A stretch of DNA of 64,000 bases from an uncultured Burkholderiales bacterium (GCA_963925895.1 CAWUVH010000006.1:1474-65473), one strand, 5' to 3'; shown: positions 19,039 to 28,353, numbered from the stretch's first letter. The notes: generated from the letters alone by a model not told the origin. Program-made: numbers and translations.

Positions 19039-19210
19039 ACTTCGCTTTGTTCTTAATATAGATGTAATCAATTCTGGGACTAGTTAAATGATTAATGGTG
19101 ACGTGTATGAAGATTAAAATAACAATCATGGAAAGACTATTGTTTGTCGCAGTTTTAGGATTGCTTTTGAAATTTGCATTGATGCAAATGTGAAAGGTCA
19201 GCTTGTCAAG

Positions 19211-20038
19211 TTAGCGACGGTAGACGGATGATTGTAGGGGCAATCCGTTGCTCAGGTAGGAATGAAAGAACTCCAGGTTGTTAAGCGTCTCGCTTCCAGA
19301 TTCAAATGCGACAGCGCCTACAGCCTCCATGCAGCGTTGATATCTCATCTGTAGTGTGTAGAGACGTTCTCCGCCTCGAAACACAGGAAAATGAACAGCC
19401 TGTCCAATAGTTGGAGACAGGAGTTCATCTCGAAAATAGTGCCCCCCATGCGTTAAGTGACAGGATGCGCAGGCTAAATTATATTGACCAATGCGTTTAA
19501 AGTAGAGCGACTTGCCGAGCTCATACTTAGTTAAGGCTTGTGCGTTGGGCACTTCAATTTGCATCAGCATGCCGTCTGATAAAGATCTCGCGTAAGCGCT
19601 TAGAACTCCCATCGTTTTGGGGTTCACATAGCTCATCCGTGTTTCTCCGTTTTGCTCCAGACAAAAATTGAGCGCCATTTCAAATGTGACCACTTGTTCC
19701 TGTGTTGTATCGTAGTAAGGGAATTTGCCAGCGACGTTAGTCCCTTTATTGCCAAAGCAATTCGCAAATTTTTGCCCATTCTTAAAAGGTGTTTCCCAGA
19801 TTTTTTTACCTTGGTCAACCATCTCTTGGAAAGGTGGAAAATCCATGATGCTTTCGTATTGATTAAGCGCATCTTCGCTCAACATCATAGAGCCGTATAT
19901 GTATTGCGATATGGGTACGTCAGGGATGTTTCCTGCGAAAGTATCTAAAAAAAGCTGTCGATCTTCTTCCGGATTGCTCCAGGCCTGAGAGGAGGCAATG
20001 AAAATTATTAGAGCTGTAAGGTGTTGAAGAAGGCGCAT
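19211..20038 (-). CDS. soxA: SoxA, cytochrome c subunit of SoxAX (monoheme variant)
   Basis: A signal peptide, a single CxxCH (CASCH), the conserved Cys-ligand region RYQRCMEAVG, and the position after soxXYZ. Confidence 0.88.
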   Translation of the reverse strand: MRLLQHLTALIIFIASSQAWSNPEEDRQLFLDTFAGNIPDVPISQYIYGSMMLSEDALNQYESIMDFPPFQEMVDQGKKIWETPFKNGQKFANCFGNKGTNVAGKFPYYDTTQEQVVTFEMALNFCLEQNGETRMSYVNPKTMGVLSAYARSLSDGMLMQIEVPNAQALTKYELGKSLYFKRIGQYNLACASCHLTHGGHYFRDELLSPTIGQAVHFPVFRGGERLYTLQMRYQRCMEAVGAVAFESGSETLNNLEFFHSYLSNGLPLQSSVYRR

Positions 20039-20047
20039 GGAGATAAC

Positions 20048-20362
20048 TCAGGAAATTGTCGCTGTTCCGGACCCTGATTCCCCCATGTTGTCATCCCATG
20101 CGATGCTCAACTCATCACCACTGACTGCATTAGGCACCCGGAAATTCAAATAAGGGTTTTTGGACACGGATCGACTCCAGTGAACTTGCATGATCGATTT
20201 TCCATTATGGCTAATTTTAACGGTATGAATGAAGTGTTTTGGAATCATTTCTGCCGTATGCTTATTTTTTCGATAGCCCGTTTCCATTGGATGAAAAATC
20301 ATTATTTTGACATCCGCTATGTTGTCTTTGAGTCTCACTCTGAAGCGTACTGTTTTATCCAT
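20048..20362 (-). CDS. soxZ: SoxZ, sulfur-compound chelating partner of SoxY
   Basis: About 104 aa from the ATG at 20362 (MDKTVRFRVRL...), with GAGAAAG upstream. The track's GTG start at 20401 would overlap the soxY C-terminal codons. SoxZ-like HPMETGYRK block. Confidence 0.88.
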   Translation of the reverse strand: MDKTVRFRVRLKDNIADVKIMIFHPMETGYRKNKHTAEMIPKHFIHTVKISHNGKSIMQVHWSRSVSKNPYLNFRVPNAVSGDELSIAWDDNMGESGSGTATIS

Positions 20363-20381
20363 TCTTAAGTCTTTCTCTGAT

Positions 20382-20849
20382 TTATTCTTCTCCGCAACCA
20401 CCGATGGTTACTTTAACTTGTCGAGCAGTTCGGTAGAAGATTCCGTCTGCCAATACGATGACATGTACAAATGCTGTCTCGCCCATTTTGATTCTAGAGG
20501 CGACGAAGGGTTCTACGTCAGACGTGAATATATAATCCGAAACTAAGGGTTGAGGATTCTTTTCCGCAAACACAAAAATTCTCTCAGTTTTTGGAATTTT
20601 ACTGAGAATTTTTATCGGAACGATAGCGCCATTTTCAGCAATTTCCGGTAGTGATAGTTCGATATTTTTGCTCGCATCACGCAGCTCGCCGGGGTTTCTG
20701 ATGCCAATGCTCCGAATCGAATCGGCGATATCGACTTCGTTATAGGCTGTTTCATCCCAACGAGCGTACCCCTTGACGGGTATCAATAGGGTGCTTATCA
20801 GTGCGAGCGCCGAGTTAAGAAATGCTCTTCGTTTTTTTGAAAGATTCAT
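20382..20849 (-). CDS. soxY: SoxY, sulfur carrier protein (variant C-terminal arm GGCGEE)
   Basis: Tat signal KKRRAFLNS and the C-terminal VKVTIGGCGEE carrier-cysteine arm. Confidence 0.9.
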   Translation of the reverse strand: MNLSKKRRAFLNSALALISTLLIPVKGYARWDETAYNEVDIADSIRSIGIRNPGELRDASKNIELSLPEIAENGAIVPIKILSKIPKTERIFVFAEKNPQPLVSDYIFTSDVEPFVASRIKMGETAFVHVIVLADGIFYRTARQVKVTIGGCGEE

Positions 20850-20854
20850 AAGTG

Positions 20855-21226
20855 CTATAGGGTGTAAAGGTAATCGATGATTGTGTGAATTTGTATCTCA
20901 GTTAGAATCTTGTGCGCGCCAAAAGGTGGCATGATCGTATCCGGGTAAGTATCCCGGGCGTCCCAAATTTGCTTGAATAGAGCGTCTCTAGAGGGGAACC
21001 GACGTTTCATGTCCATCAGAGGCGGCCCGATATTAGCTAGGGTTACTGCGAGTTTATCGTTGGGTGCGCTGTGACAGGCAAGGCAATTTCCGTAATCATA
21101 ATTGTGAGCAAGTTCTCGACCGTCGCGAACAGACTCAGGCTCTGCTTTAGAGTGAATGGGCGCTAATAGGCTCGCGAAGCAAAAAAAGAGACCGATCAGT
21201 TTATGTTTTAGTACAGCTCGTGCCAT
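20855..21226 (-). CDS. soxX: SoxX, monoheme cytochrome c subunit of SoxAX
   Basis: A signal peptide, heme motif CLACH, the NIGPPL block, 123 aa, and only 5 nt before soxY. Confidence 0.88.
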   Translation of the reverse strand: MARAVLKHKLIGLFFCFASLLAPIHSKAEPESVRDGRELAHNYDYGNCLACHSAPNDKLAVTLANIGPPLMDMKRRFPSRDALFKQIWDARDTYPDTIMPPFGAHKILTEIQIHTIIDYLYTL

Positions 21227-21268
21227 TGGTTTTGAGAGCGAAATTAGTAGATAAAAGTTCCTGTTTGA

Positions 21269-21748
21269 TCACTCATTGGCAGTCCACGTGCCAGATTTCC
21301 CGCCACTTTTTTCCCTTAGGCCAATATTTTTGATAATCATTCCTCGATCAACCGCCTTACACATGTCGTAGATCGTGAGTAGACCAACTGATAAAGCTGT
21401 TAGCGCTTCCATTTCAACGCCAGTCTTCCCCCAGGTCTCTACCCTAGTGGTACAAAGAACTGAGTGAGCACTTTTTTGGATGTTGAAATCTACGGTAACT
21501 CGAGTTATGGAAAGAGGGTGACACAAAGGAATTAACTCAGACGTCCGTTTAGAGGCCTGAATCGCAGCGATTCTGGCAATGCCAAGCACGTCGCCTTTTT
21601 TAGTTTCTCCCGCTTGAATCAGTCTCAGCGTATCGGGAAGCATGCTGATGATGCCGCTGGCAATAGCCACTCGCTTGGTTTCGTCTTTGTCTCCCACGTC
21701 AACCATATGCGCTTGTCCAGTCACATCAAAATGGGTTAAGTCACTCAA
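21269..21748 (-). CDS. moaC: Cyclic pyranopterin monophosphate synthase
   Basis: MoaC core (HMVDVGDK ... IPLCHPL ... EMEALTA). I prefer the TTG at 21748, which gives [18 protein letters not shown], the canonical MoaC N-terminus, with AAGGA 10 nt upstream. The track ATG at 21808 would overlap the divergent bepA-like gene. Confidence 0.88.
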   Translation of the reverse strand: MSDLTHFDVTGQAHMVDVGDKDETKRVAIASGIISMLPDTLRLIQAGETKKGDVLGIARIAAIQASKRTSELIPLCHPLSITRVTVDFNIQKSAHSVLCTTRVETWGKTGVEMEALTALSVGLLTIYDMCKAVDRGMIIKNIGLREKSGGKSGTWTANE

Positions 21749-21791
21749 GGTAGTATCGTCCTTTAGAAATTCACTTTGGTTGAACTTATTA

Positions 21792-23282
21792 ATGATAAAA
21801 GTTATCAAAAATATATCTAACGTTTATGATAGCACTGTGACTCGAATACTTTTATTAATCCTTTTCTGTGCAATGGGGACAGGAAAAAATGCCCTATCCC
21901 AAGATCTTCCTGATTTGGGGGACCCATTTCGTGATGATTTTTCCCTTTTCCAAGAACGCGTTATCGGGGATTCAATCATGGGTAATATACGATCAAGCAC
22001 TGCGTACGTATCGGACCCAGAGATTGCCGATTACCTCAATCACTTGGGGTATCAATTGGTAGCCAACAGCGATTCCCCCGCTACTGAATTTTATTTTTTT
22101 GCGCTTATTAATCAGACACTGAATGCTTTTGCCTTACCCGGCGGGTATGTTGGTGTCCATTCTGGTTTGATTCTAGAGTCGGATAATGAGTCTATGTTAG
22201 CTGGTGTCTTGGGGCACGAAGTCGCTCACGTGACCCAAAGACACATCGCACGAATTATAGCTGGACAAGGTAGAGCTCGAATCGGTTCATTGGCAGCGAT
22301 GGCGGCAGCCATACTGGCGGCCCGATCAGGCGGAGATGTCGCGCAGGCTGCTGTGATGACTTCTGTGGCATTGCCGATGCAGAGTCGATTGAATTTTACG
22401 CGCGAGCATGAGCGGGAGGCCGATCGTATTGGGCTGCGAATACTGAAACAATCGGAGTTTGACCCTCATCAGGTCCCATTGTTTTTTAAGCATTTACAAC
22501 GACAATCAAGACTTTATGAATCAGGGGTTCCTGAGTATCTGCGAACTCATCCGATCAATTCGGAGAGAATTGCAGATATAGAGGCTAGGTTAGCTAAGGT
22601 GTCGCCCACTCAAGTTGAAGACAGTATCGCGCTGCTGTTTGTCAAAGCTCGTTTAAGGGTCTACCAAGATGGACCTTTAAGTGCTGTTGAAATATTTAAA
22701 GAGCAACTCAATTCGCAAGACAAAAAAGTTAGAGTCGCGGGAATGTATGGGTTAATTTATTCTTTCATATTTGAAAACGAGTTAAATACGCTCACGCTTG
22801 ATGAGGCGAGGGCAACGGTCGATGCTGCGTTGAGCGTCGAGCCCGGGCACCCAATGCTCTTATCGTTAGAGGCTGATTTCGAGCGATTACTCGGCGATCC
22901 CGAGCGTGCTGGCGTGTTGTATGCTGAGGCTTTAGAGCGTTATCCCTCAAGAAAGTCACTTGTGTATGGATACGCAGAGTTTCTTATGTCTTCTGAGAGA
23001 TTCAAAGATTTAGAAAAATTGATGTCTGATCTTGTTTGGAGTGCTGAGGTGCGTGACCCGAAGTATTATGAATATCGCGCAAAAGCCCACGCTGGTTTGA
23101 AACAACAAATGGCCATGCATCTAGATTACTCAGAGGTTCTTGCGATGACGGGAAATTTAGTTGGCGCTATTAATGAGCTCCTTTCGGCGCAAAAGGCAAC
23201 CGACGGGGATTTTTTTCTGCGTACTTCGGTTGATTCGCGGCTTCGTGAGTTAGAGGAAATTCAAAGAACGTTGGCGAAGTGA
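21792..23282 (+). CDS. bepA: Periplasmic M48 zinc metalloprotease with TPR domain (BepA/YfgC-like)
   Basis: LPDLGD after a signal peptide, INAFALPGG, an HEXXH motif ([10 protein letters not shown]) and a TPR-like C-terminal half, closely parallel to E. coli BepA. The start is uncertain: ATG 21792 or GTG 21837. The track start at 21642 overlaps moaC and is rejected. Confidence 0.85.
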   Translation: MIKVIKNISNVYDSTVTRILLLILFCAMGTGKNALSQDLPDLGDPFRDDFSLFQERVIGDSIMGNIRSSTAYVSDPEIADYLNHLGYQLVANSDSPATEFYFFALINQTLNAFALPGGYVGVHSGLILESDNESMLAGVLGHEVAHVTQRHIARIIAGQGRARIGSLAAMAAAILAARSGGDVAQAAVMTSVALPMQSRLNFTREHEREADRIGLRILKQSEFDPHQVPLFFKHLQRQSRLYESGVPEYLRTHPINSERIADIEARLAKVSPTQVEDSIALLFVKARLRVYQDGPLSAVEIFKEQLNSQDKKVRVAGMYGLIYSFIFENELNTLTLDEARATVDAALSVEPGHPMLLSLEADFERLLGDPERAGVLYAEALERYPSRKSLVYGYAEFLMSSERFKDLEKLMSDLVWSAEVRDPKYYEYRAKAHAGLKQQMAMHLDYSEVLAMTGNLVGAINELLSAQKATDGDFFLRTSVDSRLRELEEIQRTLAK

Positions 23283-23339
23283 TGTAGGGCACCATAAGCA
23301 CGGGCGATGCAAAATTCTAAGGTGAATTAAGGGTATTTG

Positions 23340-23966
23340 ATGTTTTTATTTGTAGATCGAATGATTGAAGAGCTTGATCAGAGTCTCAGGGTATTGACGG
23401 GGTCGGTGTCGGCGCATCGTGATTTGAGGTTTCCTGAGTCTGGTTTGGAGCTTAACGATCAGCAAAAAAAACTGTCTGCTAAATTTATGCGAGTGAATCA
23501 TGCTGGTGAGGTGTGTGCCCAAGCGCTTTACCTGGGGCAAGCTGCGGTTGAGAGAAAGCCAGATATTAAGGTTGCGCTGACTCAATCAGCTCGAGAGGAA
23601 TTGGATCATCTTGTCTGGACGCAGCAACGAATAGAAGAATTAGGTGGTAGAACGAGTGTGCTTAATCCGTTGTTTTATGTTGGGTCATTCGCCATTGGTG
23701 CGCTAGCAGGACTGTTTGGCACGCAAAACAGTCTTGGTTTTTTGCAAGAAACAGAACGTCAAGTTGAGTCACATCTATCTGACCACTTGGATCTGTTGCC
23801 TGTCGAGGATACGCGTAGTCGCGCAATTATTTCGCAAATGAAGGAAGAGGAGCGGTGCCATGCGGACCGTGCTCAGCACCTTGGCGCGAATGCGTTACCT
23901 AAGCCTGTGAGCGTGTTGATGGGGTTGATGTCTAAAATCATGACAAGAGTAACGTTTATCGTTTAA
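23340..23966 (+). CDS. coq7: Demethoxyubiquinone hydroxylase (Coq7/Clk-1 family di-iron hydroxylase)
   Basis: RVNHAGEVCAQALYLGQ and the repeated carboxylate motifs REELDHL and EEERCH. Confidence 0.9.
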   Translation: MFLFVDRMIEELDQSLRVLTGSVSAHRDLRFPESGLELNDQQKKLSAKFMRVNHAGEVCAQALYLGQAAVERKPDIKVALTQSAREELDHLVWTQQRIEELGGRTSVLNPLFYVGSFAIGALAGLFGTQNSLGFLQETERQVESHLSDHLDLLPVEDTRSRAIISQMKEEERCHADRAQHLGANALPKPVSVLMGLMSKIMTRVTFIV

Positions 23967-23979
23967 TTCAGTCCTGATT

Positions 23980-24402
23980 CTAGGTGGAGGGAGTGCAAAC
24001 TTCATAATCATGAGTAATTTGAGCTGATTTTCCGAGCATGATCGATGCTGAGCAGTACTTTTCCGCAGACAGATTGATCGCGCGTTCGACAATTTTTTTG
24101 CTGATATTTTGTCCGAAAATTTTGAAGTGCAGGTGAATCGAGGTGAAGATCTTTGGATCAGTTTCCGCTCGTATTGCCTCAACTTCTAAGGCGAGATCGG
24201 TAACGTCTTGCCGTGATTTGCGCAAGATAGACACTACGTCGTAAGCGCTGCATCCGCCGAGGCCCATTAAAAGCATTTCCATGGGGCGTGCCCCATGATT
24301 TTGGCCGCCAGATTCTGCTGCGCCATCCATTATTATGGTGTGGCCGCTGCCGCTTTTTGCTTCGAAGGCCACGCCGCTCAACAACTTAATTGCTGTTTTC
24401 AT
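23980..24402 (-). CDS. OsmC/Ohr-family peroxiredoxin-like protein
   Basis: 140 aa with two conserved Cys in OsmC context (GLGGCSAYD, EKYCSAS). Confidence 0.82.
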   Translation of the reverse strand: MKTAIKLLSGVAFEAKSGSGHTIIMDGAAESGGQNHGARPMEMLLMGLGGCSAYDVVSILRKSRQDVTDLALEVEAIRAETDPKIFTSIHLHFKIFGQNISKKIVERAINLSAEKYCSASIMLGKSAQITHDYEVCTPST

Positions 24403-24616
24403 TAATAACCCATCATTAGAAAGAACTTTTAGATGTGTAAGTCTACTAAACTTTATTCAGTTTAGAATTGCGGCATACGCATATCAATAAATTATCAATA
24501 AAATCATATTGTTACGGTATCATCACTAGATTTAATTTTGCAGTAATGTGTATAATTGCGAGTTATTAATATTGGTAATTGTTTCCTGACTTGTTTGGTT
24601 TCGAGGAGGTTTGAGG

Positions 24617-25213
24617 TTGAGTTCTAAAAATTCAGTGAATGAGCAGCGTCGCATGCTTGTTGTGGCGACCGGCGCGGTTGGTGCGGTTGGTGCCTTGGCT
24701 GCGATATCGCCGCTTTTTGTCAGCATGGCTCCAAGTGAGCGGGCCAAGGCTGCGGGTGCTCCTGTTGAGGTTGATTTGTCTAAGTTGGAGCCGGGGATGC
24801 TCATTACCGAAGCGTGGCGTGGAAAACCAGTTTGGATTTTGCATCGCACGGATGAGATGCTAAGCAAGCTAGGGGAAACTGCTGAACTCGTATCAGATCC
24901 GGACTCCAAGTTGCCGATGCAGCCGGACTATGCAAAAAATGTCGAACGCTCAATCAAACCTCAGTATCTGGTCTTGGTGGGCATTTGTACACACCTAGGT
25001 TGCTCGCCAACTCAAAAGCTTGAGGCGGGAGAGGCTTCGGGCCTTGGCGCTGACTGGAGCGGCGGATTCTTCTGCCCCTGTCACGGCTCTAAATTCGACC
25101 TTGCCGGGCGCGTTTATAAGGGCGTGCCAGCGCCTGCGAATCTGGAGGTTCCTCCGCACCAATTTTTGTCTGATTCCCGATTGTTAATCGGGGACGATGC
25201 AGCTAGGAGTTAA
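24617..25213 (+). CDS. petA: Ubiquinol-cytochrome c reductase Rieske iron-sulfur subunit
   Basis: A Tat-type N-terminus (QRRMLVVATG) and Rieske boxes CTHLGC and CPCHGS. The TTG at 24617 is 7 nt after AGGAGG. The TTG at 24611 is too close to the RBS. Confidence 0.93.
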   Translation: MSSKNSVNEQRRMLVVATGAVGAVGALAAISPLFVSMAPSERAKAAGAPVEVDLSKLEPGMLITEAWRGKPVWILHRTDEMLSKLGETAELVSDPDSKLPMQPDYAKNVERSIKPQYLVLVGICTHLGCSPTQKLEAGEASGLGADWSGGFFCPCHGSKFDLAGRVYKGVPAPANLEVPPHQFLSDSRLLIGDDAARS

Positions 25214-25217
25214 TGTG

Positions 25218-26471
25218 ATGCTTAGACCAGTGATGACATGGATTGATGAACGCTTCCCCATGAGCAAGTTGGTGCGGGAACATCTTACCGAATACTATGC
25301 ACCAAAGAATTTTAATTTTTGGTACCTTTTCGGCGGTTTAGCCATAGTTGTGTTGGCGATACAAATACTCTCCGGCATCTTTCTTACGATGCATTACAAA
25401 CCGGATGCCGATAAAGCATTTGCATCGGTGGAGTACATCATGAGGGACGTACCTTTGGGGTGGCTAATTCGCTACATACACTCAACTGGAGCGTCCATGT
25501 TCTTTGTGGTCATCTACCTGCACATGTTTAGAGCGCTCTTGTACGGCTCATACCGAAAGCCTCGAGAATTGTTGTGGATTTTTGGGATGGTAATTTACCT
25601 TTGCCTGATGGCAGAAGCGTTCTTTGGTTATCTTTTGCCTTGGGGGCAAATGTCTTACTGGGGGGCTCAGGTGATCGTCAACTTATTCGGAGCCGTTCCT
25701 TTTATTGGGCCTGATCTGGCAATTTGGATCCGGGGCGACTACGTTGTTGGCGATGCGACACTTAACCGTTTCTTTGCGCTACACGTGATCGCGGTACCCC
25801 TCGCTTTGCTGGGACTAGTGGTGGCGCACATTATCTCTCTGCATGAGGTGGGCTCCAATAATCCTGATGGTATTGAGATAAAAAAACATAAAGATCCCAA
25901 AACAGGTAAGCCTCTGGACGGGATTCCCTTTCATCCCTATTACACGGTGAAAGATATCTTTGGTCTTGTGATTTTCTTGATCATATTTGCATCGATTGTT
26001 TTCTTTGCTCCAGAAATGGGTGGGTACTTCTTAGAGCACAACAACTTTATTCCAGCTGATCCAATGGTAACGCCACCGCACATTGCGCCCGTTTGGTATT
26101 TCACACCTTTTTACTCGATTCTGAGAGCGGTTCCACCGATGTTTGGTTCTCAATTCCCTGGCGTTTTAGCAATGGGGGGTGCCGTCTTCATTTTGTTCTT
26201 GTTACCTTGGTTGGATAAGAGTCCGGTGCGCTCGATCAGGTATAAAGGACCATTATTTAAGACATCGTTGACGATTTTTGTAACGTCATTCTTGTTGCTC
26301 GGATATTTAGGGCTGAAGCCTTCTAACATTTGGGGGCAAGTCGGAAGTGCTGATGTGGCTACGTTAGCCGCGCAACTTTGTACGGTGCTCTATTTCCTAT
26401 TTTTCCTATCTTTACCTATCATTTCTCGACTTGATCGAACAAAGGCGGAGCCGGATCGGGTGACCTCATGA
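25218..26471 (+). CDS. petB: Cytochrome b of the bc1 complex
   Basis: Multi-TM protein with cytochrome b blocks (FLTMHY, IRYIHSTGASMFF, PVWYFTPFY). The ATG at 25218 is just after the petA stop. The track start at 25197 overlaps petA. Confidence 0.95.
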   Translation: MLRPVMTWIDERFPMSKLVREHLTEYYAPKNFNFWYLFGGLAIVVLAIQILSGIFLTMHYKPDADKAFASVEYIMRDVPLGWLIRYIHSTGASMFFVVIYLHMFRALLYGSYRKPRELLWIFGMVIYLCLMAEAFFGYLLPWGQMSYWGAQVIVNLFGAVPFIGPDLAIWIRGDYVVGDATLNRFFALHVIAVPLALLGLVVAHIISLHEVGSNNPDGIEIKKHKDPKTGKPLDGIPFHPYYTVKDIFGLVIFLIIFASIVFFAPEMGGYFLEHNNFIPADPMVTPPHIAPVWYFTPFYSILRAVPPMFGSQFPGVLAMGGAVFILFLLPWLDKSPVRSIRYKGPLFKTSLTIFVTSFLLLGYLGLKPSNIWGQVGSADVATLAAQLCTVLYFLFFLSLPIISRLDRTKAEPDRVTS

Positions 26472-27187
26472 AGAGTACATTAATTTTTTTGAGTTTCTTG
26501 TCGTTCGTTGGGTTGGCAAGTGCAGCGGGTGGTGGCTATAGTCTGGATAGAGCCAACATTGACGCATCTGATGCGGAATCGTTACAAAGAGGAGCAAAAA
26601 TATTTATTGATCGGTGCGTGAGTTGTCACTCGGCCGCTTTTATGCGTTTTAACCGACTTACAGACATAGGTCTCTCGGAGAGACAGATCCAGCAGTATTT
26701 TATTACTGACGATACAGTTAAAGTTGGGGATACCATAAAGAGCGCTATTCTTGCGTCAGATGCAAAGACCATGTTTGGTGTGGTGCCACCTGATTTGTCT
26801 GTCGTTTCTCGTTCAAGAGGAGCAGATTGGCTTTATACGTATTTGCGAACTTTTTATAAAGACGAAGCAGCAACTACGGGTTGGAATAACTTAGTCTTCC
26901 CTAATGTTGCCATGCCAAATGTCTTCTCGCAGGAGCAAGGTGTTTTGCGTGCGGTTCATTCTACGAGTGGACAGAGCGGCTTGACCTTAGAGGTTGAGAC
27001 GGAGGGCTCATTAACTGCCGATGCGTTCGACGACTTAATGCTGGACCTAACCAATTTTTTAGTATTTATGGGAGAGCCCGCGGCGGAAAAACGTAAGCAA
27101 ATTGGCAGTTTTGTGATTATCTTCTTGATTCTTTTTGCTTTTATGGCGTGGGCCGTTAAAAGGGAATTTTGGAAGGACATACATTAA
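26468..27187 (+). CDS. petC: Cytochrome c1
   Basis: A signal peptide, CVSCHS heme site, a C-terminal TM anchor, and ATGA overlap with petB. Confidence 0.92.
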   Translation: MKSTLIFLSFLSFVGLASAAGGGYSLDRANIDASDAESLQRGAKIFIDRCVSCHSAAFMRFNRLTDIGLSERQIQQYFITDDTVKVGDTIKSAILASDAKTMFGVVPPDLSVVSRSRGADWLYTYLRTFYKDEAATTGWNNLVFPNVAMPNVFSQEQGVLRAVHSTSGQSGLTLEVETEGSLTADAFDDLMLDLTNFLVFMGEPAAEKRKQIGSFVIIFLILFAFMAWAVKREFWKDIH

Positions 27188-27236
27188 TGAACAGCGTCAA
27201 GGTAAAGGCGTTGATTAAAAAAAGGGGACAATAAAC

Positions 27237-27836
27237 ATGATGACGCTCTACTCGGGCACGACTTGCCCTTTTAGCCACCGATGCAGGATTGTTTTATACG
27301 AAAAAGGTATGGATTTTCAGATTGTAGACGTTGATTTGTTCGATAAGCCGGAGGATCTGGCCGTGATGAATCCTTACAATCAAACACCGGTTTTGGTAGA
27401 AAGGGATCTTGTACTGTATGAATCAAACATCATTAATGAGTACATTGACGACCGCTTTCCACATCCGCAATTGATGCCGGCTGATCCTGCTCTTAAAGCA
27501 AGAGCTCGATTGTTTTTGTTTCGCTTTGAGGATGATCTTTTTTCTCATATCCCAGCCATCGAATCTGGAACGACGCGTCAAGCTGATCAGGCGAGAGCTC
27601 AGGTTCGAGATGGTTTGATTCAAATTGCTCCGGTTTTCTTGCGTCAGAAACACATGTTGGGTGACGAATTTTCTATGCTTGACGTGGCTATCGCGCCCCT
27701 ACTTTGGCGACTGGATCTCTACGGTATTCAGCTTCCTAAACAAGCAGCTCCACTCATGAAGTATGCGGAGCGGTTATTTAGCCGTTCTGCTTTCGTTGAA
27801 GCATTAACGCCGTCAGAAAAGGTGATGCGTAAGTGA
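27237..27836 (+). CDS. sspA: Stringent starvation protein A
   Basis: A GST-fold protein lacking an obvious catalytic context, directly followed by sspB. petABC-sspAB synteny. Confidence 0.9.
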   Translation: MMTLYSGTTCPFSHRCRIVLYEKGMDFQIVDVDLFDKPEDLAVMNPYNQTPVLVERDLVLYESNIINEYIDDRFPHPQLMPADPALKARARLFLFRFEDDLFSHIPAIESGTTRQADQARAQVRDGLIQIAPVFLRQKHMLGDEFSMLDVAIAPLLWRLDLYGIQLPKQAAPLMKYAERLFSRSAFVEALTPSEKVMRK

Positions 27837-28240
27837 AGGCGTTGCCCTCAACTTCGCCTTATCTTATTCGGGCTATTTATGATTGGTGTTGTGACGCATC
27901 TCAAACGCCGTATCTATCGGTTCGGGTGTCGGAATCATCGAGCGTTCCGATGGAGCACGCTAAGGATGGCGAAATTGTTTTGAACATTGGCGTAGGTGCG
28001 ACAAGAGATCTTCGAATTGAAAATGACGGCATAACTTTCTCGGCGCGCTTTAATGCGGTCCCTCGGGAAATTTATGTTTCCATTAAGGATGTAAAGGGAA
28101 TTTTCTCTCGCGAATCTGGACAAGGACTGGCATTTGATTTACAGGATAGCCCAGAGCAGGAGAGCCCAAATATTGAGGAAAAGAAACTGGTCGATCCAGT
28201 TAGTATTTCGTCGAAGAAAAGGTTAAAGATCGTTAAGTAG
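27833..28240 (+). CDS. sspB: ClpXP adaptor SspB
   Basis: GTG start overlapping the sspA stop. The N-terminus PYLIRAIYDWC matches SspB. An acidic linker and basic C-terminal tail (KKRLKIVK) resemble a ClpX-binding tail. Confidence 0.9.
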   Translation: MKALPSTSPYLIRAIYDWCCDASQTPYLSVRVSESSSVPMEHAKDGEIVLNIGVGATRDLRIENDGITFSARFNAVPREIYVSIKDVKGIFSRESGQGLAFDLQDSPEQESPNIEEKKLVDPVSISSKKRLKIVK

Positions 28241-28277
28241 TGACTTAGTGATTGAAGCATTTATAATTAGTACTTCA

Positions 28278-28353
<76 letters not shown>

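Noticed and set aside
19571-19580. GCCGTCTGAT, a 9/10 match to the neisserial DNA uptake sequence GCCGTCTGAA.
   Set aside because: It is a single imperfect copy inside soxA coding sequence. I saw no other copies, so it is not evidence for a DUS system.
24663-24700. Short tandem repeat GGCGCGGTTGGTGCGGTTGGTGCC near the petA 5' end.
   Set aside because: It encodes the GAVGAVGA hydrophobic core of the Rieske Tat signal and TM anchor. It is compositional, not a regulatory or mobile repeat.
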